In this document: positions 27,196 to 35,927 of the stretch, piece after piece | How positions within the stretch are numbered: position 1 is the stretch's first letter | Layout of the letters: each line of letters begins with the position of its first letter | Source: a virus | Direction: 5' to 3' (one strand) | IMG/VR virus record: IMGVR_UViG_3300027909_000011 | Span: 1 to 47,070 of that record | DNA: 47,070 bases | Notes under the pieces: model-generated | Databases searched by the model: none | What the model saw: only the letters and a program-made list of their open reading frames with translations | Told to the model about the DNA's origin: nothing | Program-made: the position numbers and the translations under genes

Positions 27196-27548
27196 CCAGT
27201 AAGTTTCCTATTAGCAATCCCAGCTACACCCGGCCGACGAATTCATCTGGGGATAGCCTACAGGGCGTTGCTAAGCAGATGAGTAGGAAGAAAAAGAAGA
27301 AGGGCGAGGAAGAAGAGGAAGAGACCGAGCCTACTAGGGGATTTGGATTACCAACGGGGACTAAGCGACCCGTACGACCCTTTAAAATGCGCAACACAGA
27401 AGATGCACCGACTCCTAAGACTTCCCCACCTATTACTCCTGGTGTGCGAGGCCACACTTCCGCTCCTAATATTCCTCAACCTGGCGGCCGGAATTTAACC
27501 GCGCGACAGCGGGCAATGCTAAAGAGGCTTCGTGCACGAAAGCGATAA
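27192..27548 (+). CDS. Low-complexity basic protein with a K-run/E-run charge block
   Basis: 118-aa ORF containing SRKKKKKGEEEEEETEP. It is Pro-rich with a basic C-terminus. Confidence 0.5.
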   Translation: MTSKFPISNPSYTRPTNSSGDSLQGVAKQMSRKKKKKGEEEEEETEPTRGFGLPTGTKRPVRPFKMRNTEDAPTPKTSPPITPGVRGHTSAPNIPQPGGRNLTARQRAMLKRLRARKR

Positions 27549-27702
27549 GCGAGAACTAAAAGAAGCAGAGGCTCAGGTTGCTCGTCGGTTGACTTTAAAG
27601 GAGTTGACCGACAAGCAACTTGAACTTATAGAGCAGATTGATGTTCTACATATTCGCCACTCCGCTGTAGCCGAGGAAATCAAGTCCCGGCGTTCGGTTT
27701 AG
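27532..27702 (+). CDS. Small coiled-coil protein (not in the ORF track, 56 aa)
   Basis: GTG 27532 follows AAAGAGG with a 4-nt spacer. The product is VHESDKRELKEAEAQVARRLTLKELTDKQLELIEQIDVLHIRHSAVAEEIKSRRSV. It fills the gap before the promoter. Confidence 0.4.
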   Translation: MHESDKRELKEAEAQVARRLTLKELTDKQLELIEQIDVLHIRHSAVAEEIKSRRSV

Positions 27703-27710
27703 TTTATCGC

Positions 27711-27739
27711 TTGACACCATAGCCAATGTGTGCTACACT
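27711..27739 (+). promoter_or_regulatory. Promoter TTGACA-N17-(TGc)TACACT
   Basis: Near-consensus -35, 17-nt spacer and an extended -10. It lies 37 nt upstream of ATG 27776, with TAAGGAG in between. It is nearly identical in design to 36456..36484. Confidence 0.7.
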
Positions 27740-27775
27740 TGACACATCAAGTTCACACCCTCCTAAGGAGATATA

Positions 27776-28006
27776 ATGAATCAGTTAGTAACAGCCAACG
27801 AGCGAATTGATTTTGGTGGCCAGCCAATTCCACCGAGAAAATCATTTGGCGGTCAGCCAAGAGCCATGTATCTTGAAATCCTCTGTAATGATGAGGAGCA
27901 AGATGAGATTATCAAGATCATGGAAACCAATACCGATCCACAGCCCGAACTGCGCCGCTATCTTGCTGATATGCTCGAACACGGTGCCGAGGTAGATGTT
28001 TGCTAA
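27776..28006 (+). CDS. Hypothetical protein
   Basis: 76-aa ORF with a strong TAAGGAG ribosome-binding site. It is the first gene after the promoter. Confidence 0.65.
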   Translation: MNQLVTANERIDFGGQPIPPRKSFGGQPRAMYLEILCNDEEQDEIIKIMETNTDPQPELRRYLADMLEHGAEVDVC

Positions 28007-28212
28007 TGGTTAAGAAACCGGTTCATTCATCTAAGGATAACGAATCAGGTCTCCGTAAGGGTGCCAAGATTGCCAAGGATAAGGGCGATGAGAAAGCAGC
28101 CAAAAGAGTCGAACGTATCATGAAGCACCGACGTGATAGGGGTGAGGATAGGGCTAAAGAGTATAAGCAAGAGCAATCACGTCCACAGTACAATCCGAGA
28201 GGACCAAATTAA
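28006..28212 (+). CDS. Small basic protein
   Basis: ATG 28006 forms a TAATG overlap with the previous stop (the track start at TTG 28000 is also possible). The product is Lys/Arg-rich. Confidence 0.5.
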   Translation: MVKKPVHSSKDNESGLRKGAKIAKDKGDEKAAKRVERIMKHRRDRGEDRAKEYKQEQSRPQYNPRGPN

Positions 28213-28388
28213 TGGGTCATCTTGCACCACGGTGTCAGTGTTGTGGTGCTGTTTTCGAAGACCCTTACTATTGGAACCTTAACATTCCGCCAAAGTTTTG
28301 CTTCATCTGTCTAAAAGATAACGATAAGAAAGAGAAGCGTAAGAAGCCGAAGCGAATGGAAACTGAGGAATACGAGTATACACAGTGA
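28212..28388 (+). CDS. Zinc-ribbon protein (not in the ORF track, 58 aa)
   Basis: The start forms a TAATG overlap. The product is MGHLAPRCQCCGAVFEDPYYWNLNIPPKFCFICLKDNDKKEKRKKPKRMETEEYEYTQ (CxxC...CxxC). Its stop overlaps the next GTG start. Confidence 0.45.
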   Translation: MGHLAPRCQCCGAVFEDPYYWNLNIPPKFCFICLKDNDKKEKRKKPKRMETEEYEYTQ

Positions 28389-28630
28389 CACGAAATGCAT
28401 GGTATAAAGCACCCCCAAAATTGACCTGGCTTGAATACCTAGAGCAAGCTAAATTCCGAACCGAACAAAACTACGACACACTCGACTCAGGATTTGCTAT
28501 CAATCCTAAGGCTGACGTTCTTGTATCCGAAATTGGACCTAAGACTCGTTACCGTATGTGGATGATGCAGGAATTCCTTAAGTGGCTTGAGGTCGAAATC
28601 GAAAAGGCAAAGAATAAGGAGAAAGCGTGA
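28385..28630 (+). CDS. Hypothetical protein
   Basis: 81-aa ORF with a GTG start, coupled to both neighbours. Confidence 0.5.
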   Translation: MTRNAWYKAPPKLTWLEYLEQAKFRTEQNYDTLDSGFAINPKADVLVSEIGPKTRYRMWMMQEFLKWLEVEIEKAKNKEKA

Positions 28631-29085
28631 CCGATACGCAGTTCTACTACACAGGTATTTCCTACGCTACAGAGAAATCTGATAAGTTACCCAACGGTGG
28701 CTATCGAGGTAACTTCAAAATCGCCAAGTTTAATGATTTCTTGCCAGCCAAGAATGCCCTCATTGCGGCTATGATGAATGCAATGGAAGACATTGCGGTT
28801 GATCAGCCTGACAACTGGGAACAAATCGTTCTAGACCTGCTTCAAATGCTCACTGAGATTGATGCAGAATTGACTCCCGAGAAGTTAGTAGATCACACTG
28901 CATTTGTCAATGCGGGTGAATACATTCATTTGTTCTGTTCTTCTGAATGGCCACCTGAGGGATTAGAGGACGCCACACCGGATAACACTAATCCGTATTG
29001 GGAAATTGTTGCAGACCACTCGGAATGCACTGAAAATCACTGTACCTTAGAGGATGCGAAGAAGGATGGCAACGACGACAAATAA
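28627..29085 (+). CDS. Hypothetical acidic protein
   Basis: 152-aa ORF with a GTG start forming a GTGA overlap. Confidence 0.55.
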   Translation: MTDTQFYYTGISYATEKSDKLPNGGYRGNFKIAKFNDFLPAKNALIAAMMNAMEDIAVDQPDNWEQIVLDLLQMLTEIDAELTPEKLVDHTAFVNAGEYIHLFCSSEWPPEGLEDATPDNTNPYWEIVADHSECTENHCTLEDAKKDGNDDK

Positions 29086-29407
29086 AACCCCTGACGACTT
29101 TTCCCTTGAAATCTCTCAGGAGATAATTAACCTAACTCACGACCTATCCATTCCTAGTCTTGTACTCTTCTACGACAAAGCACGCACGAAACTATTTGCT
29201 CTTCTCAAGGCATTGTCCATATATGAAAAGGTTAGGTACGATATCGATAAAGAATTGGATGACCGCGAGACTGTAGATAGTGTAGAGCATTTCTTGCTCA
29301 AACGTCAGTACACTCTACACACCAAAGACGAAACTGCAATTCAACTACTCAACTATTTACACATTCTCGAAGGTGAAGAAAATGGCCAGGAACAAAAGGC
29401 TAGTTGA
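29054..29407 (+). CDS. Hypothetical protein
   Basis: 117-aa ORF. An alternative start is ATG 29066. Confidence 0.5.
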   Translation: MRRRMATTTNKTPDDFSLEISQEIINLTHDLSIPSLVLFYDKARTKLFALLKALSIYEKVRYDIDKELDDRETVDSVEHFLLKRQYTLHTKDETAIQLLNYLHILEGEENGQEQKAS

Positions 29408-29564
29408 CCCCGGTAGCGGAAGCAAGTCAGGTCCGGTTAAGGCTATAAAGGCAGACCCGAAGGCTTGGGGATATGCCAAAAAGCATGGAGGCAATAAGGT
29501 TCTCCGTCCTAATAGTGATGGTTCGGTGACCATTACTAACAAGGATAGGAAGACTCGTGGCTAA
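29382..29564 (+). CDS. Small basic protein
   Basis: ATG 29382 follows GAAGGTGA (the track start at GTG 29373 is also possible). The product begins MARNKRLVDPGSGSKSGPVK... Confidence 0.45.
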   Translation: MARNKRLVDPGSGSKSGPVKAIKADPKAWGYAKKHGGNKVLRPNSDGSVTITNKDRKTRG

Positions 29565-29883
29565 AAAGCCGAAGTTGCATATCCATGTTCAGGGTGAGGT
29601 TATCTACAACTATGGTGCTGGCGTTCAGGTAGATCGTAAATGGCAACACAATACTAAGGCACTTAGTGTCTGGGCCATTATGTATGAGCAGATGACTAAG
29701 TTGAAGAACTTCAAAGCACTCCATACACTTAGTGTTGATTATATCTTTCTAAAGAACGAGGCTACAGAGGAACTCGATATCGACGTTACCCCTCTTGAGG
29801 ATGTCAACACAACTATTAGGATGAAAATCTATTCCTGCTGGTGTGATAAGAAGTGGGAGACGAAAGGAAGTCCGCCGTTCTAA
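29557..29883 (+). CDS. Hypothetical protein
   Basis: 108-aa ORF. GTG start is preceded by AGGAAG with a 5-nt spacer. Confidence 0.5.
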   Translation: MAKKPKLHIHVQGEVIYNYGAGVQVDRKWQHNTKALSVWAIMYEQMTKLKNFKALHTLSVDYIFLKNEATEELDIDVTPLEDVNTTIRMKIYSCWCDKKWETKGSPPF

Positions 29884-30203
29884 TGTTTTACATCAATCAG
29901 TGGATGCCTGAGACTAAACATCATGGAGCCGATGGTGTCTCTATGGAATTCGAAACTTGGGATGAGGCCAAGAGGCAACTACTTATTGTATTTAATACTA
30001 TTGGCCCGGTATTGATGCTTACAGATCGCTACAGGGCTATTTTAATGGCTCTCGACCGCCTCAAGTTGGATAAGACTCGTGGTCCTAGATTCTTTTGCGA
30101 AAGTCTAGGCTATAAGTGGAGCATTACTGACGACTACCCTGAATACAAAATCATTACTAAAGAGGAGGCAATTCGTGAGGCTAGAGAGCAAGGTCTACAT
30201 TAA
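29883..30203 (+). CDS. Hypothetical protein
   Basis: ATG 29883 forms a TAATG overlap with the previous stop (the track start at GTG 29853 is less likely). Confidence 0.5.
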   Translation: MFYINQWMPETKHHGADGVSMEFETWDEAKRQLLIVFNTIGPVLMLTDRYRAILMALDRLKLDKTRGPRFFCESLGYKWSITDDYPEYKIITKEEAIREAREQGLH

Positions 30204-30552
30204 CGTATTCATTCCCTTTGGTCCTGCACAATGGAAGGACAAGAGGGGCGTATCAGTCCTAATGGATAGTTATGCTATGGCAAGCCATAACCTTAAGCAT
30301 GTCATCCAGGATTGTGGGATTATCGCCCTTCTTGAAGACATCAAGAACCAGGACCCTGAACTTTCTACCTTGGGTTCATTTCAAGACGCTGAGGATTCAT
30401 TGACTTCTAATGAAGATGGAGAGCCGTGGTCATTTACGGCTAAGAATGGGATCGAGTGGTCCCTTACCGCCGAGGCTAAATATCAGATTATCCCTGAGGA
30501 ATTGTGGTCCAGGGGAGAAGAAGGAGCAAAGGAGTTTCTAAGTGGCGGATGA
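30175..30552 (+). CDS. Hypothetical protein
   Basis: 125-aa ORF. GTG start is preceded by AGGAGG with a 6-nt spacer. Confidence 0.55.
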   Translation: MRLESKVYINVFIPFGPAQWKDKRGVSVLMDSYAMASHNLKHVIQDCGIIALLEDIKNQDPELSTLGSFQDAEDSLTSNEDGEPWSFTAKNGIEWSLTAEAKYQIIPEELWSRGEEGAKEFLSGG

Positions 30553-32488
30553 GCGGGAGGTTGCCTCTGCATTAGAGGCAACCAGAAAGATGTTGGCTGA
30601 ACTAAAGGATGAGATTGGTTCCTACACAGTTCAGCGCGACAAACTTGGCTACGATATAATTTCCAAGCGTAAAGAACTAAACACAATGGAGTCAGCGCGA
30701 CTGGAAATTAACAATAAGATCGCGGAATATCGCGATAAGATGAAGACCATCGAACATGATATCTTGGAGAAAGAGAGAGACCTAGCAAAGCAGGCTGAAC
30801 AGAAGCGGATTCGCGAAGAGTATGAACGCCAAAACGCCATCTTCAACGAACAACTTAAGGCTTTTGAGTGGGGCGACAAGGCTCTACCACATCAAATCGA
30901 GGGTGCTAAAGCCTTGGCTATTGCTAAGCGCGGCGTTCTCGGAGATAAGCGTGGTTTGGGTAAAACGCTCACCTCAATTGCCTGGTTGGATCTTATTGGT
31001 GCCAAGAAAGTACTCGCGATTGTACCGAATGATGTCATGGGCAACTTCGAACGAGAAGTGCTGCGATGGGCACCCCATCGATCTGTCGTCATCATCGGGG
31101 GCTATAATAAGATTCAGAGGAATGCGCTCCTTGATGTTTTTAAGCTACAGGAGGACATCTTCCTCATTATCAATTATGAGGCATGGCGACGTGATAGCAC
31201 TCTGCTACAGAGGCTCATCGACGTTAGGTTCGATACGGTCATTGCGGATGAAGCACATATCATAAAGGAAATGAAGACTAACGCTTATCAGGGCATTGAG
31301 AGACTTCTAACTCAGAAGAACGAATGTCCTAAGTGTCAGTCTACTAATCACGGCACTGCACAAGATAAGGATTACGGACTCCCTATCTACAAGTGCTTTA
31401 AATGCGACTACATTCAAACTGAGCATAACGAGTTCAATTCAGTTAAGAACTTCGTTCCTATGACCGGTACTCCTATCCTTAACAAGCCACAGGATATCTT
31501 CCCCCTGCTTCATCTGGTTAACCCTGTGTTATTTGATGACAAGGATGATTTCCTATACGATTACTGTGAGAGGGATATTTGGTCTAACAAATGGAAATTT
31601 AAGCCTGGTGGCATCGACCGCCTTGCCAATAAGTTGAGGGGTTTCTATGTAGCACGAGACCGTTTCTCGGCTGGCGTGATCATTCCTCAGCAGACTGTGC
31701 AAATCCATGATATTCCATTCGATAAGGAATTGTACCCGAAGCAGTGGGAAGGCTATCAACTGCTTAGGCAGAAGTCTGCTATGGTGATGGATGATTTGCT
31801 TAAGCATGGCAATAAGGGAGTGAGTCCAGTAATGGCCGCGATCGCCCTTATTACTCGGCAAAGGCAAATGATGACCTGGCCTAAGGGTATCATGATGAAG
31901 GACCCGGAGACTAAGCAAATTCTATTCGAGTCTGAGGTTGATGAGTCAATTAAGTTGGACTACATCATTCATCCAAAGGGAACAGGTCTACTCCCTCTCT
32001 ATGTAAAGGATGAACAAGAGCGTGTTGTTGTTTTCTCGCAGTTTGTCCAACCTCTTATCGAACTTGAACGTCGAATCAAGAATGCAGGTATTTCGGTCGC
32101 ACGATACGACGGTTCAACTACTCCTGCTCAGGCACAAGCAATCCAAATGGACTTCGATAGAGCTTATCAAAAGCCAGATGAACCTCCAAAGTGGGATGTG
32201 TTACTCGCTCACTATAAGAAGGGGGGAGTCGGGCTCAACCTTAATGCTGCTACTCAGACAATCATCCTTGATGAAGAATGGAATCCCGGGAAGGAAGATC
32301 AAGCATTTGGTCGTACTGACCGCATGGGCCAAACGGAGGAAACCACGGTCCATATCCTTCGCGTTGCCAAGACAATTGATTCCTGGATGGCGGGCCTCAT
32401 TAAGATGAAGGGCGAAATGATTGCAGGATTTGAGACCAGAATGGATTTGGAGCAGGAGTTGATTAAAATCCTGACAATGGACGAATGA
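30542..32488 (+). CDS. SNF2-family helicase/ATPase with an N-terminal coiled coil and an inserted zinc ribbon
   Basis: 648-aa ORF. It has the LPHQIEGAKAL...GLGKT region, DEAH box (IADEAHIIKE), MTGTPILNKPQDIF, and the C-terminal helicase lobe VVVFSQF...GGVGLNLNAATQTIILDEEWNPGKEDQAFGRTDRMGQ. CPKCQ...CFKCDY lies between motifs II and III. Confidence 0.85.
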   Translation: MADEREVASALEATRKMLAELKDEIGSYTVQRDKLGYDIISKRKELNTMESARLEINNKIAEYRDKMKTIEHDILEKERDLAKQAEQKRIREEYERQNAIFNEQLKAFEWGDKALPHQIEGAKALAIAKRGVLGDKRGLGKTLTSIAWLDLIGAKKVLAIVPNDVMGNFEREVLRWAPHRSVVIIGGYNKIQRNALLDVFKLQEDIFLIINYEAWRRDSTLLQRLIDVRFDTVIADEAHIIKEMKTNAYQGIERLLTQKNECPKCQSTNHGTAQDKDYGLPIYKCFKCDYIQTEHNEFNSVKNFVPMTGTPILNKPQDIFPLLHLVNPVLFDDKDDFLYDYCERDIWSNKWKFKPGGIDRLANKLRGFYVARDRFSAGVIIPQQTVQIHDIPFDKELYPKQWEGYQLLRQKSAMVMDDLLKHGNKGVSPVMAAIALITRQRQMMTWPKGIMMKDPETKQILFESEVDESIKLDYIIHPKGTGLLPLYVKDEQERVVVFSQFVQPLIELERRIKNAGISVARYDGSTTPAQAQAIQMDFDRAYQKPDEPPKWDVLLAHYKKGGVGLNLNAATQTIILDEEWNPGKEDQAFGRTDRMGQTEETTVHILRVAKTIDSWMAGLIKMKGEMIAGFETRMDLEQELIKILTMDE

Positions 32489-32751
32489 GTAACTTCTCAG
32501 CCCGGGAATTTAAGGTGAAGGTCAGAGATTGGTACACCAACTTTGGCCCAGGTCATACGACTATAGGCCGATACGATGTTCTGGACCATGATCCAAGCAA
32601 TCCAGCCTGTATTTGCATTGATAATCCCGAAACATCAGGATTTTGGAAGTTCAAGACAAATCTAGACGAGTATGATTTCGTACTCATGAATGAAAAGGAG
32701 TTAAAGATTTTCCTATGGAAGATGTGGGACTTCTACGCCAAGAGAGGTTAG
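32485..32751 (+). CDS. Hypothetical protein
   Basis: 88-aa ORF with an ATGA overlap with the SNF2 stop. Confidence 0.55.
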   Translation: MSNFSAREFKVKVRDWYTNFGPGHTTIGRYDVLDHDPSNPACICIDNPETSGFWKFKTNLDEYDFVLMNEKELKIFLWKMWDFYAKRG

Positions 32752-33023
32752 TTTGCACTCACTGCGGTAATGAAATCCTCGGCGCAGGAGAGAAGTTTTG
32801 CAGTAGACGTTGCAGAAAAAGATGGCACGAAAAGCAACGTAGACTACACCATAGAGCAGAGAGACAGAGAGATAAACTAATTCCATGCCATACACCTTGG
32901 AAAAAGATATTCGTAACTTTAGATGATGCCGTGGCTGGAGGAGATAAGGCTAAGGAGCCTTATCTCTGCCCATCCTGCGGGTATTTCCATAACAAAACGA
33001 GAGCAGAGTATAGGACGAGGTAA
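32715..33023 (+). CDS. Cys-rich basic (zinc-finger-like) protein
   Basis: 102-aa ORF containing CTHCG...CSRRC and CPSCGYFH. The exact start is uncertain because it overlaps the previous gene by 37 nt. Confidence 0.5.
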   Translation: MEDVGLLRQERLVCTHCGNEILGAGEKFCSRRCRKRWHEKQRRLHHRAERQRDKLIPCHTPWKKIFVTLDDAVAGGDKAKEPYLCPSCGYFHNKTRAEYRTR

Positions 33024-33646
33024 TGAGGAAAGTAATTGGTCTGGTGCTGCTGGCGACCCTGGCGTGCACCCCTGACCTAGACCGTCTGGACCGCCCGCCA
33101 TCGTTCACGCCCGAGCCGCTGGCGTCCGTTCCCTCTGCCTCGGTACCTCCGGACACCCCGGAACCTAGCAGAGTTAAAACTAAATCCCCCAAGAAGGTTA
33201 TATTTGTCTACGCACCAAATTTGGATAAAAGTTGGGGTTTAGATCAAGTAATTTCCGACTGGAATAAAGCGAAATATACCAGACTAGTTGAGACAGATGC
33301 TAAGTGCAAGTCGACTGTAGCCTGTGTCACAATCACAGTAGGTTATTTCTCACCTAATCACGTTGGTAGAACTAAATTTGGAGTCGAACAGTGGCAAAAT
33401 ACAATTACTCTCGACCCCTCAGCCGAATTTCATCAACCGACGGTCTGTCACGAATTGGGACATATTCTAGGACTTGGACACATTACTAATTCTACAAGAA
33501 CCTGTATGGGTATGTGGGACATCCCTAGCCCTAAGACCGCAACCGCCTTTGACATCTGCTGGCTCAACCAGCACGGACGATGGGACCTCGAAAAAGCCTA
33601 CTACTCAAGTCACGAAACTGTTGACGCTCAAATGGTACGCTGCTAG
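33023..33646 (+). CDS. Lipoprotein zinc metalloprotease (metzincin-type HExxHxxGxxH)
   Basis: 207-aa ORF. It has a signal peptide with lipobox (MRKVIGLVLLATLAC), a Pro-rich linker, the zinc motif VCHELGHILGLGH and a downstream Met-turn-like CMGMW. Confidence 0.7.
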   Translation: MRKVIGLVLLATLACTPDLDRLDRPPSFTPEPLASVPSASVPPDTPEPSRVKTKSPKKVIFVYAPNLDKSWGLDQVISDWNKAKYTRLVETDAKCKSTVACVTITVGYFSPNHVGRTKFGVEQWQNTITLDPSAEFHQPTVCHELGHILGLGHITNSTRTCMGMWDIPSPKTATAFDICWLNQHGRWDLEKAYYSSHETVDAQMVRC

Positions 33647-33653
33647 TCTTAGT

Positions 33654-33698
33654 GGCTACAGGACCACCCATAAGGGTAAAAGGGTTGCCCCTGTAGCC
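33654..33698 (+). promoter_or_regulatory. Hairpin formed by a GGCTACAGG / CCTGTAGCC pair after the metalloprotease gene
   Basis: GGCTACAGG-(27 nt)-CCTGTAGCC, starting 8 nt after the stop codon. A third motif copy lies at 33755-33765, 24 nt before ATG 33789. Confidence 0.45.
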
Positions 33699-33788
33699 TC
33701 GTCACCTTCTACCAGTGACCTTCCAAGTCGGGAAACTGGTAAAAGCTCTCACTTGGCTACAGGGGCAACAAGCATTTTAGGGATAAAA

Positions 33789-34349
33789 ATGAAAACAAAC
33801 TTCTTTTATGACACTGAATTTCTAGAGGATGGGCAAACGATCGACTTAATCAGTTTCGGGATGATTTGCTTAGAAACTGGTGAAGAGTTCTATGCAGTTA
33901 ATCGAGATGCTGATTGGGAACGGATCAGGCGTCATGATTGGTTGATGGAGAACGTAGTTCCTAGTCTGCCTGTTAGTTGGGATAGTTCTGGTCTGCTTAA
34001 TTTCCACCACAGTGTTGAGTTTGCAGATATTCTTCCTAAGGAAGTAATTCGAACCTCATTGATGGATTTTGTAGACCGTAATCAAAAGGATGGGACAAAG
34101 AATAGATTTTGGGCTTGGTATGGTGACTATGATCATGTCGCTATGGCTCAACTGTTTGGCCCTATGATCGGAATTCCTCAGAACTTTCCGAAGTTCACAA
34201 TGGATTTGAGGCAGTATGCTGAACATCTGGATAATCCCTCTCTACCTGATCAAGCCGAGGGAGAACACAACGCATTGGAGGATGCACGCCACAATATTGT
34301 ACGTTATAAGTTCCTAAAAGAGATTGAAAAAGAAAAATGGCGGAAGTAA
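33789..34349 (+). CDS. DEDDh 3'-5' exonuclease (DnaQ-like fold)
   Basis: Start moved to ATG 33789 (MKTNFFYDTEF...). Motifs are Exo I FFYDTEF, Exo II WAWYGDYDHVAM and Exo III HNALEDARHN. The longer track ORF from 33474 overlaps the metalloprotease gene and the motif-rich spacer. Confidence 0.75.
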   Translation: MKTNFFYDTEFLEDGQTIDLISFGMICLETGEEFYAVNRDADWERIRRHDWLMENVVPSLPVSWDSSGLLNFHHSVEFADILPKEVIRTSLMDFVDRNQKDGTKNRFWAWYGDYDHVAMAQLFGPMIGIPQNFPKFTMDLRQYAEHLDNPSLPDQAEGEHNALEDARHNIVRYKFLKEIEKEKWRK

Positions 34350-34423
34350 TCATATTACTAATAATTGTAGGTCTGATTGCAATCGTTATGGCTATGCCAG
34401 ACCATAACGATTGGGACCTATAA
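34337..34423 (+). CDS. Tiny single-pass membrane peptide (28 aa, not in the track)
   Basis: The product is MAEVIILLIIVGLIAIVMAMPDHNDWDL. It fills the gap between genes, and its stop is adjacent to the next start. Confidence 0.3.
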   Translation: MAEVIILLIIVGLIAIVMAMPDHNDWDL

Positions 34424-34684
34424 GTGAAGATGTTCTACCAAGGCTCTATCACTCCAATACAAAATCTAAAGATCATTGACCGGTATGCTAGTTTGATAGG
34501 TGTATCAGGAATGCCTGAAAATTACGAAGACTTCGATTTCAACCCTAATCCAATCTGGGACTCTATGCGCGATTTCAAACTTCCAAGTGGGGGCATTCTA
34601 GTTAGAGGAAAGGAGATTAAGTTCCCTATTGAAATCGAACCAGTAAAGAAACCACGCGCTAGGGTTCGAAGAAAGACCACGTAA
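34424..34684 (+). CDS. Hypothetical protein
   Basis: 86-aa ORF starting at GTG 34424 or ATG 34430. Confidence 0.5.
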   Translation: MKMFYQGSITPIQNLKIIDRYASLIGVSGMPENYEDFDFNPNPIWDSMRDFKLPSGGILVRGKEIKFPIEIEPVKKPRARVRRKTT

Positions 34685-34694
34685 GAGGTTAATC

Positions 34695-35000
34695 GTGAAA
34701 CGCGGCTATTTAGAGCGATATGAAGACATCTCTGGTGTATCAGGTACCGGTAGGGTCGCCGAATTGGCGATTAGTTCAGATGGGAGAGTTGCAGTATTCT
34801 GGCCAGCACCACTCGATTCTGTAGCATCTTATAGTGATATCGAGAAGGTAAAGAAAATTCATGGCCATAATGGACGAACGGCTATCGTAATATTAGATGA
34901 AGAAGCCGAGAGTCACGAGCACTGTGTAGATTGTCACGACGTTGGTAAATACTGTGTAGATCACGACAACATCTGTCTAGCATGTATGGAGCACATCTAA
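34695..35000 (+). CDS. Hypothetical protein with a Cys/His-rich C-terminus
   Basis: 101-aa ORF. GTG start follows AAGAGG. The C-terminus reads HEHCVDCHDVGKYCVDHDNICLACMEH. Confidence 0.55.
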   Translation: MKRGYLERYEDISGVSGTGRVAELAISSDGRVAVFWPAPLDSVASYSDIEKVKKIHGHNGRTAIVILDEEAESHEHCVDCHDVGKYCVDHDNICLACMEHI

Positions 35001-35396
35001 ATGAAATCTCTCAAAGAGATGAGTGAAGAAGTATACAACAATTGTGTAGAAAAGGGTTGGGACCCTGACCCTAATCGTACATTTGGAGATGAATGTGCAC
35101 TTCTTCATTCTGAAATTTCCGAGGCCCTAGAAGCATATAGGGATTGGAAATTTGAAGATGTCACACCACCTGAGCCTTTGCAGCATTCAGGTAAATGTCC
35201 CGCTTCCTGGGATCATCGTAATTCTTGTATTGGATGTCTGCCTAAGCCTGAGGGTGTAGGTTCTGAATTTGCTGACATTCTTATTCGTTTGGTTCATTAT
35301 GCTCGTGTTCACAATATCGACCTAGAATATGAATACGAACGTAAGATGGCTTACAATCGTACTCGTTCGTTCCGTCACGGCGGACGTAATCTTTAA
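35001..35396 (+). CDS. MazG-like nucleotide pyrophosphohydrolase
   Basis: 131-aa ORF. ALLHSEISEALEAYRD and EFADILIRLVHYARVHNIDLEYEYERKMAYNRTR match the MazG/all-alpha NTP-PPase helix pattern. A Cys-containing insert lies between them. Confidence 0.65.
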   Translation: MKSLKEMSEEVYNNCVEKGWDPDPNRTFGDECALLHSEISEALEAYRDWKFEDVTPPEPLQHSGKCPASWDHRNSCIGCLPKPEGVGSEFADILIRLVHYARVHNIDLEYEYERKMAYNRTRSFRHGGRNL

Positions 35397-35400
35397 TTAA

Positions 35401-35925
35401 ATGGCATGTCCAAGTTGTGGGGCAGGGTTACATTGGGAATGTAGATCAGACCCATGTTGTTGTTCGAGTGACCCTGCCCCTGTAGCCGAGGAAGAAATTA
35501 ATGATAGAAAGCATCAGCGAAGATTCACAAGGGACGCTAACCTTAAAGATCAGCAGAGCACAGGTAGAAAAAGAGCTGCCAGGGATTATCCCCTTGATCG
35601 AACAGCACCTTGCGAATGGCAAGGGCTTCGATTTGCAGGTGGGGGACAAAACCCAATTACTGGTTGTACCCAAGGATTACAGCAAGCGAGACATCACGGT
35701 CCTGATAAAAATACCCTCAATAACAGTGAGGGGAATGTCCATCGAATCTGCCATAAGTGTCACAACCGTTGGCACACCCTTAACGATGATGGATATTTGG
35801 AACGAATGGGTGAAGCCGGTTATGGAGCGACACATGATGCCACCACCAAAGCCGGAATGGATGAATTAATAGAGTCTGAAATGTATTGGCAAAGAAACAA
35901 AACGATTAAAGTACACGGAGATTGA
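35401..35925 (+). CDS. HNH endonuclease
   Basis: 174-aa ORF with an N-terminal Cys cluster and the HNH core ARHHGPDKNTLNNSEGNVHRICHKCHNRWH. Confidence 0.75.
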   Translation: MACPSCGAGLHWECRSDPCCCSSDPAPVAEEEINDRKHQRRFTRDANLKDQQSTGRKRAARDYPLDRTAPCEWQGLRFAGGGQNPITGCTQGLQQARHHGPDKNTLNNSEGNVHRICHKCHNRWHTLNDDGYLERMGEAGYGATHDATTKAGMDELIESEMYWQRNKTIKVHGD

Positions 35926-35927
35926 TA

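Noticed and set aside
33474-33788. The long N-terminal extension of the track ORF 33474..34349.
   Set aside because: It overlaps the metalloprotease gene in another frame and reads through the motif-rich spacer. The exonuclease motifs start right after ATG 33789, which has its own ribosome-binding site.
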